A stretch of 57,437 nucleotides of DNA from an uncultured Candidatus Saccharibacteria bacterium (GTDB lineage Bacteria > Patescibacteriota > Minisyncoccia > Sungbacterales > JACQCQ01), in contig CAZBTX010000005.1 of assembly GCA_964494945.1 (NCBI GenBank), forward strand, positions 1 through 57,437, read 5' to 3'. Of this stretch, positions 18,806-27,343 are shown piece after piece. Position 1 is the stretch's first letter. The number at the start of each line of letters is the position of its first letter. The position numbers were made by a program, and so were the translations under genes. The notes beneath the pieces are model-generated. The model did no database searches and had not been told where the DNA came from. It saw nothing but the letters and a program-made list of their open reading frames with translations.

Positions 18806-19636
18806 GTGGGGCGCATAAGGTTAAAGATAGAAAAAGAAAAACTGAAAAATTTTTACATTGAGCAAAGACTTCCTTATCGGAAAATTGCCAAGTGTTTTTC
18901 TTGCTCCCGCGATACCATACGAAATCGCTTGCTTGAGTACAAAGTTAGAATAAGGAATAGGGGTGAATCACTTACCAAATATCCTAAAGTTGATTTTTCG
19001 GGGAATAAAGTCGAAGGAGCGTACCTGATGGGGTTTAGAATCGGTGATCTTAACGTTTATAAACCTTGTGCTGGGTCATCTGTTATAGTCGCAAGATGTC
19101 ACACTACTCATCCCAATCAAGTTCGGCTTATGAAAGAACTGTTCGGGCAGTATGGGCGCGTAACAGTATCACATTCTGCCACAGGCTCATTCCATATCAA
19201 TTGTTATTTAAATCAAACATTCAATTTCTTATTTTTGAAAGATTCAATACCACAATGGGTGAAGAAAAATAGGCATACATTCTCAGCATTTATTGCTGGC
19301 TATACTGACGCCGAGGGTAATTTTATTTTGAATCAAAAGCGCGGAAGGTTTAAGATAGATTCTTATGATTTTAAGATACTAGATGGAATTAAAGACTTTT
19401 TAATCATGAGTGGCGTGGGAGTTAGGTTTAGGCGAATTGCTCAAAAAGGAGGAGAAAGAGGGCGGGGTAAAAAATGGAATAATGACCTTTGGCGTCTCAA
19501 TGTTAATGAGGCAAGGTCCTTGAAGAAATTTATTAGATTTATCTGGCCATATTTGCGGCATGAAAAAAGAAGGGCCGACGCTGGGGTAGTTTTAGAAAAT
19601 GTGAATTCTAGGATAAGCAATGAAACCACCAGATAA
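18806..19636 (+). CDS. Free-standing LAGLIDADG endonuclease-like protein with N-terminal HTH
   Basis: AYLMGFRIGDL and AFIAGYTDAEGNF motifs; LYxxQRLxYRKIAKxFSCSRDTIR HTH; AT-rich relative to neighbours. Confidence 0.82.
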   Translation: MGRIRLKIEKEKLKNFYIEQRLPYRKIAKCFSCSRDTIRNRLLEYKVRIRNRGESLTKYPKVDFSGNKVEGAYLMGFRIGDLNVYKPCAGSSVIVARCHTTHPNQVRLMKELFGQYGRVTVSHSATGSFHINCYLNQTFNFLFLKDSIPQWVKKNRHTFSAFIAGYTDAEGNFILNQKRGRFKIDSYDFKILDGIKDFLIMSGVGVRFRRIAQKGGERGRGKKWNNDLWRLNVNEARSLKKFIRFIWPYLRHEKRRADAGVVLENVNSRISNETTR

Positions 19637-21503
19637 TCATATTAGGAACTTTGTAGTTATAAGCCACGTTGACCACGGCAAATCCACACTGGCCGATCGT
19701 CTCTTGGAAATTACTCATACTATTGAGGAACGCAAAATGCGCTCTCAGGTCCTCGACCAGATGGATTTGGAGCGGGAGCGCGGTATCACCATAAAAATGC
19801 AGCCCGTGCGCATGATATATCATCCGCCATCAACGAATAGCGAATTGATTACGAATAAACGAATAAACGAATTCGCCAATTCGCAAATTCGTACAGATTC
19901 GTTATCCGCTGATGAATATGTTCTGAACCTGATTGATACGCCCGGGCACGTGGATTTTACGTATGAGGTCTCAAGGGCTCTAGCGGCGGTTGAGGGCGCC
20001 ATTCTTTTGGTGGACGCAACCCAGGGCATTCAGGCGCAGACCATCGCTAATTTGCATATGGCTCAAAAAGAAGGTCTTACCATAATTCCGGTCATCAATA
20101 AAATTGATCTGCCCAATGCCGATATTCCGGGGACGATCAAAGAGTTGGCAGCACTACTGGGAATTAACGAAGAACGCGTTATCCGTATTTCCGGCAAAAC
20201 GGGGGAGGGTGTAGAAAACCTGCTGTATGAAGTGACTCGCGTTGTTCCTCCGCCTCAAGACGAGAAGGACTCACCCTTCCGTGCGCTTATTTTTGATTCT
20301 CAATTTGACCAATATAAGGGGGTGATAATTTATGTTCGCGTAGTTTCGGGGAGTGTTAAGAGCGGAGACAAGATACGCATGATACGTACCAAAATATCAA
20401 GCGAAGTGCTGGAAGTTGGCGGATTCAAGCCGGAACTTTTTAAAACCGAGGGACTGGCGACGGGCGAGATCGGTTACGTAGCTACGGGTCTTAAAGAATC
20501 GGGTATCCGTGTGGGGGATACGATTGTGCTTGAGTCCGACAGTAAAAATGGTCTTGAGCCATTGCCGGGATACGCGGAGCCGAAACCCGTGGTGTTTGCG
20601 TCTGTTTATCCCACGGACGCTGACGAGTTCCCGCAACTGAAAGAAGCGTTTGATAAATTGCGTTTAAATGATGCCGCGCTTTCTTACGAAATTGAGTCAT
20701 CTGAAGCGCTGGGGCGCGGGTTCCGCGCCGGATTTCTCGGGCTTTTGCATTTGGAAATAGTGAGTGAGCGCATTCGCCGCGAGTTCGGCATTGATATGAT
20801 GATCTCAACTCCCTCGGTCTCATACAAAGTTAAATTGCGAAAAGGTATCGAGGAAACCGTTTATTCCGCAGCCGACATTCCTGATGAGAACGAACTTATG
20901 GAGATTGCCGAACCCTGGGTGCGGCTTGAAGTCATAACCCCCACGGAGCATTTGGGGAAAGTTCAGAAGCTCTTTGAATCTACTAGGGCTAAATTCATTG
21001 AAAAGACCTATCTTTCAGAAATACGCATCCTCGCGGTTTACCGTATGCCCTTAAAGGAGGTTATTGTGGACCTTTATGATCGCTTAAAAAGCGCTACGTC
21101 GGGGTATGCCTCCATGGGGTATGAATTTGAGGGATACGAAGCGGGGGATTTAGTGCGGCTGGATATACTGGTCGCGGGAAAAAGAGAGCGGGCCTTCTCG
21201 GCCGTAGTACCCAAAAATGAGGCCTTCAACGAGGGTAAGCGCATTGTTGCTAAGTTAAAAGAACTTTTACCCTCTCAAGTATTCGCCGTGCCCATTCAGG
21301 CATCAGTCGGGGGGCGCGTAATAGCCCGCGAAACCTTGGGTGCCATGTCTAAAGACGTAACGGGGTATCTCTACGGCGGCGACCGCACGCGCAAAATGAA
21401 GCTTTGGAAAAAACAAAAAGAGGGCAAAAAACGCCTAAAAGAACGCGGCATGGGAAGCGTAGAGATCCCGCCGGATGTATTTTTAAAAATGCTTAAGCGT
21501 TAA
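19620..21503 (+). CDS. lepA: Elongation factor 4
   Basis: HVDHGKSTLADR, ERERGITIK, LNLIDTPGHVDF, RGFRAGFLGLLH and GGDRTRKMKL motifs. Confidence 0.98.
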   Translation: MKPPDNHIRNFVVISHVDHGKSTLADRLLEITHTIEERKMRSQVLDQMDLERERGITIKMQPVRMIYHPPSTNSELITNKRINEFANSQIRTDSLSADEYVLNLIDTPGHVDFTYEVSRALAAVEGAILLVDATQGIQAQTIANLHMAQKEGLTIIPVINKIDLPNADIPGTIKELAALLGINEERVIRISGKTGEGVENLLYEVTRVVPPPQDEKDSPFRALIFDSQFDQYKGVIIYVRVVSGSVKSGDKIRMIRTKISSEVLEVGGFKPELFKTEGLATGEIGYVATGLKESGIRVGDTIVLESDSKNGLEPLPGYAEPKPVVFASVYPTDADEFPQLKEAFDKLRLNDAALSYEIESSEALGRGFRAGFLGLLHLEIVSERIRREFGIDMMISTPSVSYKVKLRKGIEETVYSAADIPDENELMEIAEPWVRLEVITPTEHLGKVQKLFESTRAKFIEKTYLSEIRILAVYRMPLKEVIVDLYDRLKSATSGYASMGYEFEGYEAGDLVRLDILVAGKRERAFSAVVPKNEAFNEGKRIVAKLKELLPSQVFAVPIQASVGGRVIARETLGAMSKDVTGYLYGGDRTRKMKLWKKQKEGKKRLKERGMGSVEIPPDVFLKMLKR

Positions 21504-21562
21504 ACAATAAACCAACCTCAGCATCTGGGTTGGCTTTTGCCCATATTCGGGTTGGATTATAT

Positions 21563-21673
21563 TTAACGGAGAGTCAGGAGCGGCAAAACAGTAAAGGCCA
21601 CCATGGAAGCAATGGCAATAACTGAGACGATCATCCAAATAAATGTCGCGCGCCGTTTGTGTTTCTTCTCCAT
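21563..21673 (-). CDS. 36-aa single-TM small protein (not in the ORF track)
   Basis: MEKKHKRRATFIWMIVSVIAIASMVAFTVLPLLTLR: basic N-terminus plus hydrophobic helix; fills the lepA-ftsB gap. Confidence 0.55.
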   Translation of the reverse strand: MEKKHKRRATFIWMIVSVIAIASMVAFTVLPLLTLR

Positions 21674-21742
21674 ATTTCGGAAATATGTTCTACAGTATTC
21701 TATTAGATTATGAATGAATTTTCAATCCTGCTTTAAACGAGT

Positions 21743-22111
21743 ATGGGGAAACGCGCCATTTGGTCCATAACAGCCATTATAATTTTAGGAGCTCTGATAA
21801 TCTCCGGGGGTCGGCTTGTCCAAGTTTGGCGCGCTTACAGCCAGTTAAAAGCCAACGCCGATAAACTTGAGAAAAAGTTGGCCGATTACGAATTGGAGAA
21901 CCGTGAATTGCGTGACCAATTGCGCATCGCTGAAACCCCCGAAGCCATTGAACGTGACAGCAAAAGCCGTCTTAACATGAAAAAACCCGGCGAGAAAGTG
22001 GTGATTGTTGTGCCCCCCCAAGTACCCTCTTCCACGGCACCCGCCGCTACCGAAGGACTGGTAGAGCGCTTGGGGCAATTTTTCCGTTCTTTAATTTCAC
22101 CGTGGCGTTAG
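21743..22111 (+). CDS. Septum formation initiator (FtsB/DivIC-like)
   Basis: TM helix, coiled coil and IERDSKSRLNMKKPGEKVVIV motif. Confidence 0.85.
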   Translation: MGKRAIWSITAIIILGALIISGGRLVQVWRAYSQLKANADKLEKKLADYELENRELRDQLRIAETPEAIERDSKSRLNMKKPGEKVVIVVPPQVPSSTAPAATEGLVERLGQFFRSLISPWR

Positions 22112-23007
22112 CGGGCCAGAAATCTTTTTATTAAACGTTCGGCCTCGGTTTCGTTTTTTATCCAATGGATATCGCGATGTCGGCGGAACCAGGTTTGTTG
22201 GCGTCTTATATAATTCCAATTGGCTTCTTCAAGTTTTTTAGACAATTGATCGCGGGTAATTTCTTTCTTTATGGCCGTAATGGCTATGCGATAATCAAGC
22301 CCAAGTTCACCTAGCCGTTTTGCCGGAACATCTTGTTTAAGCAACCTTGCGGTTTCCCGCAAGAGTCCTCGTTTCAGCCGTGTTTCAATGGCGCGCCGTA
22401 TGCGGCGGCGAAGTTCCCTGAGCGTCCGGTCAATGCCAATAAATAGCGTTTGATACGAGCTTTTTGTTTGTAGGATCGGTACTGGCTTTTTAAGCGCTTC
22501 AACGATTTCAAGTGCTCTAATCAATCGCCGCGGATTTTGCCGGTCAATCGTAGCCGCTCGTTCGGGGTCTAGACGTTTTAGCATTTTAAAAAGTCCAGCC
22601 GCACCTTTCTTAGATAATTTCTTTCGCAGTTTGTGATTGGGCGGGACCTCGGGGAAAACCATACCCCGCGCCACAGCGTCAATATAAAGTCCCGTGCCGC
22701 CGACAAGCATCGGAATCCTGTTTCGCTTATTGATTTCGCGAATGAGCGCGTGCGCTTTTTTGGCATACTCTGCCGCCGAGAAGTTTTGCCGGGGACTTAC
22801 AATATCCAAGAGATGGTGGGGGACGCCTCGCATCTCGCGCTTGGTGATTTTGCCCGTGCCGATATTCAGCCCTTTATAAATTTGTCTGGAATCAGCTGAT
22901 ATAACCTCCCCGCGAAATTTTTTAGCCAGTTTTACGGCCAACGCTGATTTACCCGAAGCGGTGGGGCCAAGGATGACGATAAGTTTTGGTTTGCGGGCAG
23001 GCGGCAT
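22108..23007 (-). CDS. miaA: tRNA dimethylallyltransferase
   Basis: GPTASGKS, ISADSRQIY, PHHLLD, VGGTGLY and RRQQTWF motifs. Confidence 0.97.
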   Translation of the reverse strand: MPPARKPKLIVILGPTASGKSALAVKLAKKFRGEVISADSRQIYKGLNIGTGKITKREMRGVPHHLLDIVSPRQNFSAAEYAKKAHALIREINKRNRIPMLVGGTGLYIDAVARGMVFPEVPPNHKLRKKLSKKGAAGLFKMLKRLDPERAATIDRQNPRRLIRALEIVEALKKPVPILQTKSSYQTLFIGIDRTLRELRRRIRRAIETRLKRGLLRETARLLKQDVPAKRLGELGLDYRIAITAIKKEITRDQLSKKLEEANWNYIRRQQTWFRRHRDIHWIKNETEAERLIKRFLAR

Positions 23008-23068
23008 TTACAAAATTGCGGTTTTTTATATACTGATTCCAGTTGTTAATAACACACTTTTTAACTAT

Positions 23069-23296
23069 ATGAAAGCAGGACGCATGGAGGAACCGCCCGA
23101 AATTGAAATTGAGAATGAAACCCCGCTTGAGAAAGCTGAAAGGTTGAAGTTAATGACTTGGGAAGAAAGACAGGCCGAAATGAAAAAAAACCGCGCTAGA
23201 TTAAGGGAGGGTAGATTTAAACTGACGCCGGAAGAAGCCGCGGCCAGGACCGAGAGACAAAAACGTCTAGAGCAAGATCAAGAAGAAGCGGCGTAA
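23069..23296 (+). CDS. Small charged helical hypothetical protein
   Basis: Open frame MKAGRMEEPPEIE... ending just before a terminator; start uncertain. Confidence 0.55.
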   Translation: MKAGRMEEPPEIEIENETPLEKAERLKLMTWEERQAEMKKNRARLREGRFKLTPEEAAARTERQKRLEQDQEEAA

Positions 23297-23301
23297 GCCA
23301 T

Positions 23302-23337
23302 AAATCCAAAAGGCCCCCACGGGGGCCTTTTGGATTT
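23302..23337. terminator. Bidirectional terminator
   Basis: AAATCCAAAAGGCCCCC-AC-GGGGGCCTTTTGGATTT between convergent genes. Confidence 0.85.
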
Positions 23338-23340
23338 GAG

Positions 23341-24489
23341 TTATTCAACTATTACAACGCCCGTCATCCAGGGATGCGGCTTACAGAAGTAAGTGAATTT
23401 ACCCCTTTGGTTGAAAGTAAAGGAGAACGAAACGCCCCCGGAAAGCAGATCGCTTGAGAACGAGTTATCATCGGCGGTCACAGTGTGCCCGACGCCGTCA
23501 GCATTAGTCCAGGTAACGGTGCCGCCGACGGGTACGCGGATTTCTTTTTCAAAGGCGAACCCCCTTATGAACGTGGAAACCCCTGATACGGGTGAGGGAG
23601 CGGGGCTTGATTCGGCGGCTGGGGGAACGGAAACATTACATTCGCCTTTGGATTTGACACCGACACCAGCCTTTCCGGCGAAGCAGGAGTTAGAGTAAGT
23701 TTTGCCGTCCAAGCCGCAGACGGGCTCAAACAAGTTTATGCAGACATTCTCGGGTTCCCCCTTTTTTATTTCGGCGGGGTGCTCCGGTTTTGTTGGCGAT
23801 GCCGCATTTTTATTATTAGAATCAGCTTCTTCGTAAAGATCTTTCAATTCCTTGAAGGCATTATCAATATCATCCTGTAATTCGCCATCATCCAATCCTT
23901 TGCCGAGTTCATCAAATTCGCCCTCATGCACGAATGACTTCAATTTCCCGAATGATTTCTTGGCGGCTTGGGCGTCAAACTTCGCCGCCTCGTTCAGCGT
24001 TTCCTTCAAGGTCTTATCTATACTCTCTAGCTCTTGGTCTGAAATGTCCGCGGCGGTTTTTACCTCTTCAAAAACGGCCTGATGCTTTTCGGCGATATCT
24101 CCCAGTTTTTCGATCAGGTCTTCCGTATTTTTGTTCTTATCTCCAAGCGAGGCGATGTTTTGTTTAAGCTTCTCAAAATTTTCCGAGTATTTTACTTCGG
24201 CTTTTTGCAGGGCCTCTTTGGCCTCCGGCGATTTCTCGGTCAATTTCTTGATCTCCGCGAGTCGCTCGCGGGCCAGTTCCAATTCCACTTTGGCTTTTCG
24301 CTCGGCGGTGAAGGCGAAAGTGCGCGTTAAGGCGCGCCGCATCTCTTTTAAGAAATAAAAGGGACTGGTGGGGAGAATTAACGGCTCTCCGCCCAGGTCC
24401 TCAAAACTTACTTGGTCGCCGTGAGCCAATGTCGGCAGGCCTAGGGCCATGATCACAACGATGAATAAAGTGATGGTAAATGATCTCAT
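23341..24489 (-). CDS. Secreted DUF5667-like + Kazal-like + cupredoxin fusion
   Basis: Signal peptide; ILPTSPFYFLKE..ERLAE; CINLFEPVCGLDGKTYSNSCFA..GEC; HTVT...YFCKPHPWMTG type-1 copper ligand set. Confidence 0.82.
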   Translation of the reverse strand: MRSFTITLFIVVIMALGLPTLAHGDQVSFEDLGGEPLILPTSPFYFLKEMRRALTRTFAFTAERKAKVELELARERLAEIKKLTEKSPEAKEALQKAEVKYSENFEKLKQNIASLGDKNKNTEDLIEKLGDIAEKHQAVFEEVKTAADISDQELESIDKTLKETLNEAAKFDAQAAKKSFGKLKSFVHEGEFDELGKGLDDGELQDDIDNAFKELKDLYEEADSNNKNAASPTKPEHPAEIKKGEPENVCINLFEPVCGLDGKTYSNSCFAGKAGVGVKSKGECNVSVPPAAESSPAPSPVSGVSTFIRGFAFEKEIRVPVGGTVTWTNADGVGHTVTADDNSFSSDLLSGGVSFSFTFNQRGKFTYFCKPHPWMTGVVIVE

Positions 24490-24504
24490 AGTTTTTTAAT
24501 TATA

Positions 24505-26247
24505 TTATATTATTTTTACGCTATTTATTCTTTCTATAAATTTAGGTATTGATTCAGCGCCCAGATCGCCCTTGCCGCGCTCTCTCACGGCCACGGTATT
24601 GGCCGCGGCTTCGCGGTCGCCAATGACCAAAAGATAGGGGATTTTTTGAAGTTCGGCGTCGCGGATTTTGCGGCCAATGGATTCGTTGCGTCCGTCAATT
24701 TCCAGGCGCACACTTTTCTCTCTAAGTGTTTTTACGACCGATTCCACGTACGTCTGGTTTTTGTCGTTTAGCGGCAGAATCGCCACTTGCACCGGCGCGA
24801 GCCAGAAGGGGAAAACGCCGGCGTAATGCTCAATCAGAAACGCGATGAAGCGTTCGTGCGACCCCAGAGGAGCCCGGTGTATTACATACACTGGTTTCTC
24901 CTTTCCGTCCTTGTCTATGTAAGAAAGATTGAAGCGCTTGGCGGCAAGAAAGTCCAATTGATTGGTAGAAGCTGTTTCTTCACGGCCGATAATGCTTTTG
25001 ATTTGGAAGTCCACCTTGGGGCCGTAGAACGCCGCTTCGCCTTCTGTCTCAACATAAGACAGCCCCGATTTTTTCATTGCGCTCCGCACAATAGCCACGG
25101 ATTTTTCCCATCCTTCGGGGGCGTTGGCGAATTTCTTTTTGTCTTTGGACGGCAGCGAAAGGCGCATGTAAAAGTTAGTAATGCCGAAAACCTGCTTGTA
25201 CCAATACTCGTGGAGTTTCATCACGTTGAGAAATTCTTCTTCTGCCTGATCTTCGCGGCAGTAAATGTGCGCATCGTTTTGCGTAAAGCCTCGTGTGCGC
25301 AGAAGACCGGCGAGGGTTCCTGAAAGTTCGTAGCGATACAGTGTTCCGTACTCGGCGTAGCGGATAGGCAGTTCCCGGTAACTGTGGGGTTCGGCTTGAT
25401 AAATAAGGTGGGTGTGCGGGCAGTTCATGGCTTTCAGGTAGTAATTTCCGTCGTCGAGTTTCATGGGGGGGTACATACTTTCAAGGTAATAGGGGATGTG
25501 CCCCGAAGTTCGGTAAAGGTCTTCTTTGGCAATGTGAGGAGTGGTGACTCGTTGATAGCCCCATTCAGTTTCTACCTTCTTAGCTCGTTCTTCGATGGCG
25601 TCGCGTATAGCAGTTCCGCGAGGCAGCCATAGCGGCAGGCCGGGGCCGACAAGCGGAGAAAAAGTAAAAAGTTTGAGCTTTTCGCCAAGAATACGGTGGT
25701 CTCGTTTTTTTGCTTCTTCCTGTTGCCAGAAATACTTTTCAAGCTCTTCTTTAGTTCCAAAAGCCACGCCGTAAATGCGAGTCAGTTGCGGGTTTTTTTC
25801 ATCGCCGCGCCAGTACGCCCCGGCCAATTTAGTTAGCTTGAAAGCATCGGGGTTTATCTCTCGGGCGCTGGCCAAATGACCGCCGCGGCAGAGATCCCAG
25901 TAATCGCCGGATTTGTAGAAACTGACTTTTTTTCCGCCCTTGGCAAATTCCTTGATGAGTTCGTGCTTATAGGGATTTTTCGGGTATTCTTTTTTGGCTT
26001 CGGCGGCAGTTAGCATGTGCTTCTCAAATTTGTCCCAAGTCGGCAGGATTTCCCGCATTTTTTTCTCAATTTTGGGGAGGTCGGCCTCGCTAATCGGTTT
26101 TTTAAACTCAAAGTCAAAATAAAACCCGTTCTCAATCGCGGGGCCGATGGTGCGCTTGGTGCCGGGCCATAATTGCATTACGGCAGCGGCTAGGAGATGG
26201 GCTAAGGAGTGGCGAAGATTTTCCAGTTCTAATCCTTCTTTTGCCAT
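24505..26247 (-). CDS. thrS: Threonine--tRNA ligase
   Basis: LRHSLAHLLA, DLCRGGH, LKAMNCP, LLRTRGFTQNDAHIYC, AAFYGPK and IHRAPLGSHERF motifs. Confidence 0.98.
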   Translation of the reverse strand: MAKEGLELENLRHSLAHLLAAAVMQLWPGTKRTIGPAIENGFYFDFEFKKPISEADLPKIEKKMREILPTWDKFEKHMLTAAEAKKEYPKNPYKHELIKEFAKGGKKVSFYKSGDYWDLCRGGHLASAREINPDAFKLTKLAGAYWRGDEKNPQLTRIYGVAFGTKEELEKYFWQQEEAKKRDHRILGEKLKLFTFSPLVGPGLPLWLPRGTAIRDAIEERAKKVETEWGYQRVTTPHIAKEDLYRTSGHIPYYLESMYPPMKLDDGNYYLKAMNCPHTHLIYQAEPHSYRELPIRYAEYGTLYRYELSGTLAGLLRTRGFTQNDAHIYCREDQAEEEFLNVMKLHEYWYKQVFGITNFYMRLSLPSKDKKKFANAPEGWEKSVAIVRSAMKKSGLSYVETEGEAAFYGPKVDFQIKSIIGREETASTNQLDFLAAKRFNLSYIDKDGKEKPVYVIHRAPLGSHERFIAFLIEHYAGVFPFWLAPVQVAILPLNDKNQTYVESVVKTLREKSVRLEIDGRNESIGRKIRDAELQKIPYLLVIGDREAAANTVAVRERGKGDLGAESIPKFIERINSVKII

Positions 26248-26319
26248 ATACCTAAAGATAAATTATGTTAAAAGAGTACCGCAAAATTCGCCCTTAGGCA
26301 AAGGAAGGAGGCGGGCTGA

Positions 26320-26547
26320 ATGAACGGGTTCTGGCGAGGGTTTTGGAAGTTCCTGAATGCCGAACTGGAGCCGGCGGATGCGATCAGAATTCCCTTTTTG
26401 GTTCTAGCACTCGTTTTGCTTTCCGTTCCGGCGTCAGTCCACCGCTGGAAGCAAAAAAGAGCCGAGAGAGCGCGCCGGCAACTGGAGGTCGCTGACCTCG
26501 CAGTGTATCGGGGGGAGATGGAACCAAAAACCGGAGAGTCGCCCTGA
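26320..26547 (+). CDS. Small membrane hypothetical protein
   Basis: AGGAGG upstream, one hydrophobic segment, followed by a hairpin. Confidence 0.55.
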   Translation: MNGFWRGFWKFLNAELEPADAIRIPFLVLALVLLSVPASVHRWKQKRAERARRQLEVADLAVYRGEMEPKTGESP

Positions 26548-26548
26548 C

Positions 26549-26578
26549 ACGGCCCCCATCGCAGACGATGGGGGCCGT
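26549..26578 (+). terminator. GC-rich hairpin terminator
   Basis: ACGGCCCCCATCG-CAGA-CGATGGGGGCCGT. Confidence 0.65.
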
Positions 26579-26674
26579 TATCAATTGTATTTATTAAATT
26601 AACTCACTCGCCCGGCCGCAAAACTTTTCTAATCAATCATTTCAATCATTCTTAGTTAGTTATTATTGATCATT

Positions 26675-26694
26675 TACATAATTTATTCCTATAG
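26675..26694. promoter_or_regulatory. 20-bp site upstream of the PaaX-like gene (direct repeat of 27270-27289)
   Basis: TACATAATTTATTCCTATAG abutting a TAAAAT -10-like box. Confidence 0.75.
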
Positions 26695-26711
26695 TAAAAT
26701 AATATGTATAT

Positions 26712-27269
26712 ATGAAAAAACTGCGACGGTTGGGGAGTGTGCAACGCGGGATTATGCAGCTTTTGGATCAAGTTGGAGCGATGAGTTTTGTGTTACTAAC
26801 TTCTGGAAAACACGCTAAAACTATTCTACGGAATTATCATCAACGTTCGCACGAGCGAGTTATTAGCTCTTTGGAGTCATTGAAACGTCGTCGGCTGATT
26901 AATATCGCGGATGACGGAACGGAAACCCTTATAACTCTAACACGTGATGGCAAACGCGAGTTGCTTCGTTACGGTTTAAATACCATGGTGCTCTCGCGTA
27001 AACAAAATTGGGATGGTGTGTGGCATATGGTAATTTTTGATATTCCAGAGCGGTATGGGAAAGCGCGACGCGCGCTGTCTTTCAAAATTCAATCTATTGG
27101 AGCATTTCGTTTGCAGGATAGCGTGTATGTGTATCCATTTTCTTGGCAGAATGAAATTGATTTCTTGAGTGAGTTTTTTCATGTAAGTCCGTTCATCCGA
27201 TACATTAAAGCCAGTTTTGTGGAAGGAGAAGAAGATCTTTTGCGGCGCTTCTCTTTGCATAAACGATAA
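26712..27269 (+). CDS. PaaX-like regulator (wHTH plus Cas2/ferredoxin-like domain), CPR family
   Basis: SLESLKRRRLI..ITLTRDGK wHTH; WDGVWHMVIFDIPE..RALSFKIQSIGAFRLQDSVYV. Confidence 0.82.
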   Translation: MKKLRRLGSVQRGIMQLLDQVGAMSFVLLTSGKHAKTILRNYHQRSHERVISSLESLKRRRLINIADDGTETLITLTRDGKRELLRYGLNTMVLSRKQNWDGVWHMVIFDIPERYGKARRALSFKIQSIGAFRLQDSVYVYPFSWQNEIDFLSEFFHVSPFIRYIKASFVEGEEDLLRRFSLHKR

Positions 27270-27303
27270 TACATAATTTATTCCTATAGGAATAAATTAT
27301 GTA
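27270..27303. repeat. 34-bp perfect palindrome directly after the PaaX-like stop codon
   Basis: TACATAATTTATTCCTATAGGAATAAATTATGTA equals its own reverse complement. Confidence 0.92.
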
Positions 27304-27343
27304 AGAATCTCTGCTATGCAGAAATCCCTGCATTGCCGCGGAT

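Noticed and set aside
26712-27269. cas2 of a CRISPR locus
   Set aside because: It has an N-terminal wHTH and the PaaX-like WDGxW..FDIPE signature; no cas1 or array is present
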